A stretch of DNA of 64,000 bases from an uncultured Solirubrobacterales bacterium. GTDB lineage: Bacteria > Actinomycetota > Thermoleophilia > Solirubrobacterales > 70-9. The stretch lies in the NCBI GenBank assembly GCA_963838035.1, contig CAWIPM010000009.1:40229-104228 (forward strand). Direction: 5' to 3'. The position numbers and the translations under genes are program-made. Positions within the stretch are counted from its first letter, which is position 1. The number at the start of each line of letters is the position of its first letter. The notes under the pieces are model-generated. The model did no database searches. It was given only the letters and a program-made list of their open reading frames with translations, and had not been told where the DNA came from. Positions 41,083-48,917 of this stretch are shown here, piece by piece.

Positions 41083-41562
41083 GTGACGATGCGATCTGAC
41101 CCGAAGGAAGCTCTCCACCTGCTCGCTGCTGACCTGCGGGACGGCGATACGCCGATCTCGCCGCACGTCGTCGAGCCGGCAGCCCCCCCCACCTTTGGGC
41201 TTCTCGCTGCTTCCGGTCGCCGCGCCGCTTCAGCCCCGGGCGAGTACGCGCTGGTGGTCGAGGCGGTCCGCGAGGGCTACCTCCTCCATTACGGCGAGGC
41301 CCGTCTGCTCGCCGGTTACGACCCCGATCTCGCTCTGCTCGCCGGGGACTACCTCTACGCGCTCGGAATCGAGCGGCTCTCGGCTCTCGGAAACCCGGCC
41401 GCGGTCCGCGAGCTGGCCGACCTGATCAGCCTCTGCGCGCAACTCCATGCCGAAGGACGCGAGGACGCGGTGCCCGGCCTGTGGCATGCCTCGGCCACGG
41501 CCGTCGGCGAGGGCCCGAGCGACGAGCACGAGGCGGGGAAGCGGGCGCTCCGGGCGACCTGA
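41083..41562 (+). CDS. hypothetical protein
   Basis: GC3-rich ORF filling the hemL-qcrA gap. Contains LALLAGDYLYALGIERL. No confident family assignment. Confidence 0.35.
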   Translation: MTMRSDPKEALHLLAADLRDGDTPISPHVVEPAAPPTFGLLAASGRRAASAPGEYALVVEAVREGYLLHYGEARLLAGYDPDLALLAGDYLYALGIERLSALGNPAAVRELADLISLCAQLHAEGREDAVPGLWHASATAVGEGPSDEHEAGKRALRAT

Positions 41563-41703
41563 TTTCCACCGGAGTCAATAGACTCCGCGCCCCGGAAGCG
41601 AGCTTTGGCACTAGATAGCGCGGACAAGAGGAACGGGGCCGAGAAGGCTCCCGGGCAGGAGCGGGCGAAGCCTGCGCCGCCCGGCTACTTCGAGGGCGAG
41701 TCG

Positions 41704-42288
41704 ATGACTCGCCGGCACGCCTTCACGATCGCAGCCCAGGGCCTCGGCGGCCTCGCGGGCGCCGCGATCGTCCTGCCCGCGATCGGCTTCGCAGTCGCCC
41801 CGATCTTTCACCGCGGCAAGGAACGCTGGGAGGCGGTCGGCCCGGTCGGCAACTTCGTCGAAGACACCTACCGCCAGGTCGTCTTCACCGAAACCGTGGG
41901 GATCGGCGATGCCGGCAAGACCACGGCCTACATCCGCAGGGGCTCGAAGCAGCTCGGTGAGAACCCGAAGGAATACATCGCCATCTCCAACCGCTGCGCG
42001 CACCTGGGCTGCCCGGTGCGCTTCGTCGAGGCAGCGGGCAACTTCATCTGCCCTTGCCACGGCGGCGTCTACGACTTCCAGGGAAAGCGGATCGGTGGTC
42101 CGCCGGTCCGGCCTCTCGACCATTTCCAGACCCGCATCCGCAACGGCCAGGTCGAGGTCGGCCCGCGCTACAGCGTCACCTCGCAGCTCGAACCGGTGCG
42201 CGCCCGCGATCCCGGCGAGTTCACCGGCGGGATCTGGGAATACCTCTACCCGCCGCGTCCGTCCACCTTCCCGCCGCCGAGCGGCTGA
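41704..42288 (+). CDS. qcrA: menaquinol-cytochrome c reductase Rieske iron-sulfur subunit
   Basis: CAHLGCPV...CPCHGGVYD 2Fe-2S ligands. The N-terminus MTRRHAFTIAAQGLGG is Tat-like. The ATG at 41704 after GAGGGCGAG is preferred to the TTG at 41605. Confidence 0.8.
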   Translation: MTRRHAFTIAAQGLGGLAGAAIVLPAIGFAVAPIFHRGKERWEAVGPVGNFVEDTYRQVVFTETVGIGDAGKTTAYIRRGSKQLGENPKEYIAISNRCAHLGCPVRFVEAAGNFICPCHGGVYDFQGKRIGGPPVRPLDHFQTRIRNGQVEVGPRYSVTSQLEPVRARDPGEFTGGIWEYLYPPRPSTFPPPSG

Positions 42289-42302
42289 GCCCTGGCCCCG
42301 CG

Positions 42303-43175
42303 ATGAAGATTCCCGACTCGATCGTCCCCGCCCCACTCCGCAAACCGGCCAAGCCGGGCGAGAGCGGTACGGCCAAGGGCGAGGCTCCGGCCGACCTCAA
42401 GACCTCCCCGCCCGAGCGCCCCACCGACGTTCAGCGGGTGGGCGACAGGGCCAAGGACGCCCCCGCCGACGTCCTCGCCTGGGTCGACCAGCGGACCGCC
42501 GCCAGCGGCTTCCTCACCGGGCTGCTCTACCGCAAGGTGCCGAAGGGGACCAACTGGTTCTACACGCTCGGCTCCGCAACCCTCTTCGCCTTCATCGTCC
42601 AGGCGACCACCGGAGTCTTCCTGGCGATGTTCTACACCCCCTCCACCACGCAGGCATACGCCTCGATCTCCCACATCAACAACGACGTGTTCCTCGGTCA
42701 GCTCGTGCACGGGATGCACAAGTGGGGGTCGAGCGTGATGGTCATCCTCGTCTTCCTCCACATGGGCCGCACCTTCTTCTTCGGCGCCTACAAGTATCCG
42801 CGCGAGTTGAACTGGGTGATCGGCGTCGTGCTTCTGATCCTGACCATGACGATGGCGTTCACCGGCTACCTGCTGCCGTTCGACCAGCGCTCCTTCTGGG
42901 CGTCGGTCGTCGGCATCAACATCAACGGCACCGGCCCGATCGTCGGCCCCTATCTGAGCGACTTCCTGCGTGCGGGCCCCGAGCTGGGCGCGACCACGCT
43001 CTCCCGCTTCTACGCGATTCACATGCTGCTGGTGCCTGGAGCGATCATCGCGCTGATCGGCGCCCACATGTATCTCGTGGTCAAGCTCGGCACCACCGCG
43101 CCGCCCTGGCTGAAGGCCGACCGGCCGAAGATTGCCGAGCCGACATCCCAAGTTGACGCCGGGCCTCAGACATGA
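42303..43175 (+). CDS. qcrB: cytochrome b6-like subunit (four-helix N-terminal half of cytochrome b)
   Basis: GVFLAMFYTP, heme-ligand contexts HKWGSSVMVILVFLHMGRTFFFGAY and RFYAIHMLLVP. The ATG at 42303 is chosen. Confidence 0.85.
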   Translation: MKIPDSIVPAPLRKPAKPGESGTAKGEAPADLKTSPPERPTDVQRVGDRAKDAPADVLAWVDQRTAASGFLTGLLYRKVPKGTNWFYTLGSATLFAFIVQATTGVFLAMFYTPSTTQAYASISHINNDVFLGQLVHGMHKWGSSVMVILVFLHMGRTFFFGAYKYPRELNWVIGVVLLILTMTMAFTGYLLPFDQRSFWASVVGININGTGPIVGPYLSDFLRAGPELGATTLSRFYAIHMLLVPGAIIALIGAHMYLVVKLGTTAPPWLKADRPKIAEPTSQVDAGPQT

Positions 43176-43873
43176 AGGCGCGCGACAAACAGGCCTACCT
43201 CGAGGAGTACGAGCTGCTCAAGAAGAAGGGCAAGCCCTTCTTCCCCTACGCGGTGCTGAAGGACTCGGCTATGGCGCTGATCGTCGTCGGCGTCATCATC
43301 CTCATGTCGGTCATTCTCGGCGCCGAGCAGGGCCCGAAGGCCGACCCGACGACGACGACCTACGTCCCGCGCCCCGAGTGGTACTTCTTCTTCCTCTTCG
43401 AGCTCCTGCGCGTGATCAAACCACCGGAACTGGTCCCGATCGCGACGATCGGCATCCCGACGATCTGCATGGTCCTCCTCCTCCTCCTGCCCTTCTACGA
43501 CCGTGGGCCCGAGCGGCGCCCCGAGCGGCGCCCGATCGCCACCACGGCAGGGGTGATGACGATCGCCGCGATGGCCTACCTGACCTACTCGGGGGCCGTA
43601 GCCGGCTCGCCCACCCAGATCGACCTCAATGTCGCCCCGCGGTTCGAGGCGGGCAAGGAGGTCGTCGCCGGCTCGGGCTGCCTCGCCTGCCACAAGCTTG
43701 GCGATAACGGCAACAACGGGCCGGGGCCCGAACTGACGCACATCGCCCAGCGGATACCGAGGGCGGCGATTCTCCGATCGGTGGAAATCGGGCCGGGTAT
43801 CATGCCCTCCTTCCGCGACCTGCCGCCGAAAAAGCTCAACGAGCTAGCTGACTTCCTCTCCTCACTCAACTAA
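43172..43873 (+). CDS. qcrC: cytochrome b subunit-IV-like domain fused to a monoheme cytochrome c
   Basis: PEWY motif (PRPEWYFFFLFELLR), three helices, then CLACH heme-binding and GIMPSF (Met ligand context). Confidence 0.8.
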   Translation: MKARDKQAYLEEYELLKKKGKPFFPYAVLKDSAMALIVVGVIILMSVILGAEQGPKADPTTTTYVPRPEWYFFFLFELLRVIKPPELVPIATIGIPTICMVLLLLLPFYDRGPERRPERRPIATTAGVMTIAAMAYLTYSGAVAGSPTQIDLNVAPRFEAGKEVVAGSGCLACHKLGDNGNNGPGPELTHIAQRIPRAAILRSVEIGPGIMPSFRDLPPKKLNELADFLSSLN

Positions 43874-43916
43874 GCCCTCCCGGGACTCCGCCCAGTTCGC
43901 GGAGCAGGTAAACCGC

Positions 43917-44588
43917 ATGTTCGACCGGGTCGCGGCGCGGTACGACGTGCTCAACTCGGTGATGACGGCGGGGCTGCATCACCGCTGGCGGCAGAGGGCC
44001 GCCGATCGGGCCGGGCTCGGGCCGGGCGACTCGGCGCTCGACGTCTGTTGCGGCACCGGCGACCTGGCGCTGGAGCTGGCCCGGCGCACCGCTCCCGAGG
44101 GCCGTGTCGTCGGTTGCGACTTCTCCGAGCCGATGCTCGACCTGGCGCGCGAGAAGGTGGCGGCAAGCGGTGCCACAAACACCCGCTTCGAGTGGGCCGA
44201 CGCGCTGGCGCTCCCCTACGATGCCGGCCGCTTCGACGCCGTCACCGTCGGCTTCGGGGCCCGCAACCTCGCCGACCTCGATCGCGGCCTGCATGAGATG
44301 GCGCGGGTGCTGCGCCCCGGGGGACGCCTGGTCATCCTCGAGATCACACAGCCGACCCGACCGCCGCTCTCGATCTTCTATTCGCTCTGGTTCGACCGAA
44401 TCGTGCCGTTGCTGGGCAGCCTCGCCGGCGACCCGGAGGCCTACGCCTACCTGCCGGAGTCGGTCCGCAGCTTCCCCACCCCGCGCTCCCTCGCGGCGAA
44501 GATGGACGCTACCGGGTTGGATGGTGTCCGCTACACGATCCTCGCCGGGGGGATCATCGCGATCCACAGCGGCGTCGCGCGCGGGTGA
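43917..44588 (+). CDS. menG: demethylmenaquinone/ubiquinone methyltransferase
   Basis: FDRVAARYDVLNSVMT, SAM motif LDVCCGTGDLA, and GFGARNL. Confidence 0.85.
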   Translation: MFDRVAARYDVLNSVMTAGLHHRWRQRAADRAGLGPGDSALDVCCGTGDLALELARRTAPEGRVVGCDFSEPMLDLAREKVAASGATNTRFEWADALALPYDAGRFDAVTVGFGARNLADLDRGLHEMARVLRPGGRLVILEITQPTRPPLSIFYSLWFDRIVPLLGSLAGDPEAYAYLPESVRSFPTPRSLAAKMDATGLDGVRYTILAGGIIAIHSGVARG

Positions 44589-45550
44589 CTCGCCCCTCGG
44601 CGGTCCCGCCGCCGGTGACGGCGGTCCTCGATGCGTCGAGCCGCTGGCTGCCGACTCGCCTTGGCGAGGTCGAGGACCTGTTGCGGGAGGCGAGCGGGGG
44701 GCATGGAGCGCCCCTGACCGAGGATGCGACCGCGACCCTGGTGGCGGGCGGAAAGCGCCTGCGTCCTCTGCTGGCGCTGCTCTGTGCCGGGCCCGAGGGG
44801 GCGGAGGCCGCCGTTCCCGCCGCGACCGCGATCGAGCTGGTCCACATGGCGACGCTCGTCCACGACGACGTCCTCGACGACGCGCCCCTGCGCCGGGGCC
44901 GCCCGACGGTCGGCGCGACCTCGGGCCGCGAACGGGCGACCGCGACCGGCGACCTGCTCTTTTCGCGCGCCTTCGCGCTGCTCGCCGAAGCGGGTGCCGG
45001 GCGGGCGATCGCGCTGCTCAGCGAGGCCTCGTCGGCGCTCGCCCGCGGCGAGCTGGCCCAGCGCCGGGACGCATTCGACGCCGGCATCTCCGAAGCGCGC
45101 TACCTCGAGCGCTGCCGGCTGAAGACAGCCAAGCTCTTCGAGTGCGCCTGCCTGATGGGGAGGGATGAGCCGGCCTACGGTGAGTTCGGAGTCGAGGTGG
45201 GCCTCGCCTTCCAGCTGCTCGACGACGTCCTCGACGTGACCGGCCCGCCCGAGCGCACCGGCAAGGCGCGCGGCACCGACCTCCTCGACGGCACCGTCAC
45301 CCTGCCGCTGATCGAGGCCGCCGAGGTCGACCCCGAGATCCGCGCCCTCGATCTTCGTCAGTTGGACGCGGCTTCCGCGGAGGCCCTCTGCGACCGCATC
45401 GCCACCACCGGGGCCATCGACCGCGTCCGCTCACGCGCCCTGGAGATCGTCACCGCCGCGAAGCAGCGCCTCGACTCAACGGCCTTCGACCTCGAGCAGC
45501 GCCGTCTCCTCGCCCTGGTGGCCGACGGCGTCGTCCAGAGATACAGCTAA
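44585..45550 (+). CDS. trans-polyprenyl diphosphate synthase (hepta/octaprenyl type)
   Basis: First and second Asp-rich motifs LVHDDVLDD and FQLLDDVLD. It has a GTGA overlap with menG. Confidence 0.85.
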   Translation: MTRPSAVPPPVTAVLDASSRWLPTRLGEVEDLLREASGGHGAPLTEDATATLVAGGKRLRPLLALLCAGPEGAEAAVPAATAIELVHMATLVHDDVLDDAPLRRGRPTVGATSGRERATATGDLLFSRAFALLAEAGAGRAIALLSEASSALARGELAQRRDAFDAGISEARYLERCRLKTAKLFECACLMGRDEPAYGEFGVEVGLAFQLLDDVLDVTGPPERTGKARGTDLLDGTVTLPLIEAAEVDPEIRALDLRQLDAASAEALCDRIATTGAIDRVRSRALEIVTAAKQRLDSTAFDLEQRRLLALVADGVVQRYS

Positions 45551-45879
45551 CGGAAGTCGTCCGCGGTGATCAGGTCGGCGGCGAGGGCGGTCACGAAGAT
45601 CTCCGCCATCCGCTCGATGCTCTCGCGCTCCAGCGCCCGCAGCTCGTCGGCGAGCTCATGGGCGCCGAGGTCGAGCTGCTCGTCGAAGTCGTCGATTTCG
45701 TGCTCGTCGTGAACGCCGTCGGCGCACCACTCGCAGTTCGGGCAGCGACGCCAGACTCGCCAGTGGGCTCGGTCACCAGCCTGCTCCCAGCAGGTCGGCT
45801 GCACCAGGGGAGAGCCGCAGGACGGGCAGACATGGAGCCCGGCGGCGGTCGTCGTCTGGCTGTAGCGCTCGTCTCTCAT
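45547..45879 (-). CDS. hypothetical zinc-ribbon protein
   Basis: CPSCG...(22 aa)...CPNCEWC, followed by an acidic helical tail. The ATG at 45879 is chosen. The stop overlaps the polyprenyl synthase stop. Confidence 0.4.
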   Translation of the reverse strand: MRDERYSQTTTAAGLHVCPSCGSPLVQPTCWEQAGDRAHWRVWRRCPNCEWCADGVHDEHEIDDFDEQLDLGAHELADELRALERESIERMAEIFVTALAADLITADDFR

Positions 45880-46016
45880 CCCTAACCACTCGAACACATT
45901 GGGGTTCGACTCGATCCGCACTTTTCCGCAGATGAGAGAAAAAACCCAAGTTCCGGGTAGGCGCCGTCGCTGCAAACGCTGATCCGGCCGCGCCTCCACC
46001 TCGTTACCATGGGTCG

Positions 46017-46265
46017 ATGCTTGGAAATATCGGCCCGCTGGAGATCCTCGTCGTCCTGATCATCGCCCTGGTGGTGTTCGGGCCGAAACGGCTGCCCGAG
46101 CTCGGCAACAGCCTCGGCCGCGGTATCCGCGAGTTCCGCGGCGCGCTCACCGGCGAGAAGGATGGGGATGAGGTCGAGGAGAAGAGGCTGGAGGCCTCCC
46201 GGCCCGAGTCTGTCGCAGCCGAGGAGCCGGCCGAGCCCGAGGCCGTCTCCGACAAGCACAGCTGA
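46017..46265 (+). CDS. tatA: twin-arginine translocase TatA/E
   Basis: LEILVVLIIALVVFGPKRLPELG. Confidence 0.85.
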   Translation: MLGNIGPLEILVVLIIALVVFGPKRLPELGNSLGRGIREFRGALTGEKDGDEVEEKRLEASRPESVAAEEPAEPEAVSDKHS

Positions 46266-46277
46266 GAGGCCCGCGGG

Positions 46278-47051
46278 ATGCCGCGCCGCGTCAAGGCGGT
46301 CTCCCACGATGACCACCTCACCCTCGTCGAGCACCTCGACGAGCTGCGCGGCCGGATCATCGTCTCGCTGGCGATCTTCGGCGTCGCCCTGGCGCTCTGC
46401 TTCTGGCAGAACCACCTGCTGCTGGAAATCGCCTCGGGCCCGCTGCCCCACGCGCACAAGAAGCTCCTCACCTTCGGCGTCACGGAGCCGTTCACGACGA
46501 CGATCACCGTCGCGGCGTACGGCGCCATCATCCTCTCCCTGCCGTTTGTCCTCTACGAGCTGTACGCGTACGTCCTGCCCGCCTTCAGCGATGCCGAGCG
46601 GCGAGTGGTGCTGCCGATCCTCCTCCTCGCTCCGCTCCTCTTCCTCGCCGGCATCGCCTTCGCGTACTTTGCCGTGATGCCCGCCGCGGTCCACTTCCTG
46701 CTGGGCTTCAACGAAAGCCAGTTCGAAATCCAGGTCCGTGCCCGCGACTACTACAGCTTCTTCTCGATGACGATGCTGGCCTGCGGCATCGTCTTCGAGC
46801 TGCCGCTCGCGATCGTCGCCGTCACCCGGCTCGGCATCGTCAAGGTCGAGCAGCTCAGCGCCAACCGGCGCTATGCGTACCTGCTGATCTCGATCATCGC
46901 CGCGGCTCTACCCGGGGTCGACCCGGTATCGATGCTGATCGAGATGGTCCCGCTCCTCGTCCTCTACGAGTTGAGTATCTTGCTCGCGCGGGCCTTCGGG
47001 CGTCCGCGCGGCACGGGAGGCATTGCGGAGCCCTCAACCCAGGAGCGGTAA
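46278..47051 (+). CDS. tatC: twin-arginine translocase subunit TatC
   Basis: LTLVEHLDELRGRI, six helices, and LPGVDPVSM. Confidence 0.9.
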   Translation: MPRRVKAVSHDDHLTLVEHLDELRGRIIVSLAIFGVALALCFWQNHLLLEIASGPLPHAHKKLLTFGVTEPFTTTITVAAYGAIILSLPFVLYELYAYVLPAFSDAERRVVLPILLLAPLLFLAGIAFAYFAVMPAAVHFLLGFNESQFEIQVRARDYYSFFSMTMLACGIVFELPLAIVAVTRLGIVKVEQLSANRRYAYLLISIIAAALPGVDPVSMLIEMVPLLVLYELSILLARAFGRPRGTGGIAEPSTQER

Positions 47052-47058
47052 AGGTCCG

Positions 47059-47866
47059 ATGGCACAGAACGGCGAGCGGCGAATGGTGTTCGACATCCGG
47101 GGTCGGCGCCGGCACGTCGTCAAATTCGTCTACGCCGTTCTCGCCCTGCTGATGGGCGCCAGCCTCTTCCTCGTCGTCGGCCCGGTCAACATCAACAGCC
47201 TGATCGGCGGCAGCGGCAGCTCCAACAGCGCCGCCGGGGTGTTCGAAGAACAGGCGGAAGGCATCGAAAGGAAGCTGAAGAGGAACCCCGGCGACCCGAG
47301 CCTGCTGCTCTCCCTGACGCGGATCAGGATCGGTGCCTCCAACTCGCTGGCGGAAGTCGACCCGACGACCGGCGAACCGCACCAGACCATCGAATCGCGC
47401 GAGCAGCTGCTGAAGGCAAGCGACTCCTGGTCCAACTACCTGAAGCATGCCGGCAACGAACCCAACGTCGGCGGCGCTCAGCTCGCCTCCGGCGCCCTCT
47501 TCACCCTCGCTCAGACGGCGAGCACCACACCCGAAGCCGAGGCCAACCTGAGGGCGGCCGCCGAAGCGCAGAAGATCGTCGCCGACGCGCGGCCAAGCCT
47601 GGGAGCGGTAAGCACCCTGGCGATCTTCACGCTACTACACCTTTGACTACGCCAGCGCCGAAAAGCTCGAAAAGCAGGCCCTGGCGCTCGCCAACTCCAA
47701 GCAGGAAAAGAAGGCGGTGAAGGAACAGCTCGGCGAAGTCCGCAAACGGGCAAAGGCCTTCCAGAAGCAGGCGAAGGAAGCCGAAAAGGCCTCGAAGGGA
47801 AGCGCCAAGGAAGCCCTCCAGAACCCACTTGGCGGCCTCTCCGGCTCGAACGGCTCCCTACCCTAG
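47059..47866 (+). pseudogene. hypothetical membrane-anchored protein, reading frame broken by one extra base near 47632 (real frameshift or sequence error)
   Basis: The length of 808 nt is not a multiple of 3. The first frame ends ...LAIFTLLHL* at 47646. The next frame, open from 47612, continues with GC3-rich YYTFDYASAEKLEKQALALANSKQEKKAVKEQL... to the TAG at 47864-47866. Confidence 0.5.
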
Positions 47867-47888
47867 CTTTTCCGGCAGTGCCTGGAAA

Positions 47889-47962
47889 TGGGCCGCGAAG
47901 GACTCGAACCTTCAACCTTGAGCTTAAGAGGCTCCTGCTCTAACCAGTTGAGCTAGCGGCCC
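47889..47962 (-). tRNA. tRNA-Lys (anticodon CTT), no encoded CCA
   Basis: Hand-folded 74-nt cloverleaf. Acceptor GGGCCGC/GCGGCCC, D arm GCTC/GAGC, anticodon loop CTCTTAA, T arm GAAGG-TTCGAGT-CCTTC. Confidence 0.85.
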
Positions 47963-47992
47963 GCGACGGGCAAGTATAGGAAGCCGGTCTTG

Positions 47993-48754
47993 CTACCGGG
48001 GGGTGCAGGCCTTCTGGACATCGCCGGCGATCACGGTTTCGCCTACGTCGGCAAAGGTGAAGCGCCCGTGGGTTTCGAGCACGCCGTCCGAGCAGTGGGC
48101 TGACGTGTAGCTGCGCAGGCGCCCTCCGAAGCGGTAGCGCCTGCCGATCTTCGCGTCGATGTGGGTCAATGCGCCGAATCCGCCCGCGATCGGGGGGATG
48201 TCGATCGTGGCCCGGTAGCCGAAGCGGCCTCTCCGACGTTCGATCGGGACGACGATCGCGAAGGTCTGGGTTCCGGGGACGGTCGTCTGGGCATGGAGAA
48301 TCACCGTCATATTGCCGTTCTGCCGAACCCCGTTGAACACGGTCAGCGGCGAGGAGGCTTCGATCGAGAGCATGCCCACCTCGATCGCCGCGGAGACATG
48401 CCCGGTCCCGACGATCGCGCCTCGGCAGGCGCTGCGTGCCTCCTGCGGCGTGGCGTTCTCGACTCGTTCGAGCGGACAGGTCGGCAGCCCACGGGTGCTG
48501 ATCCGCCCGTCGCGGTCGAACTCGAGAATCGCCTGCTTGAGCGTGGGCGGAAACGAGCCGTCCCGCGTCCCGATGTCTGCGTGCCCCTGGAAATGGATCG
48601 GCGCGAAGGCGCGCCTCGGAAGCCGGCGCGGCTCGAATCCTCCGTCCGCGCGCAGAACCAGCGGCCCGTATTCGAGCACAGCTTCGGCCGCTGCCGTGCC
48701 GACCGCCAGGCAGCAGGTCACCAGAACCGCGATTGCCAGGGCTCGCTTCACCAT
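47993..48754 (-). CDS. secreted four-cysteine protein, paralog A of a three-member family in this window
   Basis: Signal peptide MVKRALAIAVLVTCCLAVGTAAAEA. Shares GLPTC, FNG, IPPIAGGFGALT, RSYTSAHC and C-terminal CTP motifs with 52237-53022 and 62030-62812. Confidence 0.6.
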   Translation of the reverse strand: MVKRALAIAVLVTCCLAVGTAAAEAVLEYGPLVLRADGGFEPRRLPRRAFAPIHFQGHADIGTRDGSFPPTLKQAILEFDRDGRISTRGLPTCPLERVENATPQEARSACRGAIVGTGHVSAAIEVGMLSIEASSPLTVFNGVRQNGNMTVILHAQTTVPGTQTFAIVVPIERRRGRFGYRATIDIPPIAGGFGALTHIDAKIGRRYRFGGRLRSYTSAHCSDGVLETHGRFTFADVGETVIAGDVQKACTPR

Positions 48755-48917
48755 CTCCCTCCGTAACAAGGCTAGCGCCGGCCCGATTCTGTCCGTCGCG
48801 GGCCGGCGCCTTCTCGACAGTCAGAGCGAAGTAAGCCCCGCCATCGGCGTGTTCCTTAACAGAACCTTCTGCGTTCGGGACTCCCTGTCGCCTCCGTAAC
48901 CGCCAAACTACCGGGTT

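Noticed and set aside
43508-43531. Tandem 12-nt duplication cccgagcggcgc x2 inside qcrC (encodes PERRPERRP)
   Set aside because: It is a short in-frame slippage-type duplication in a loop region. There is no evidence of function, and it is not a repeat array.
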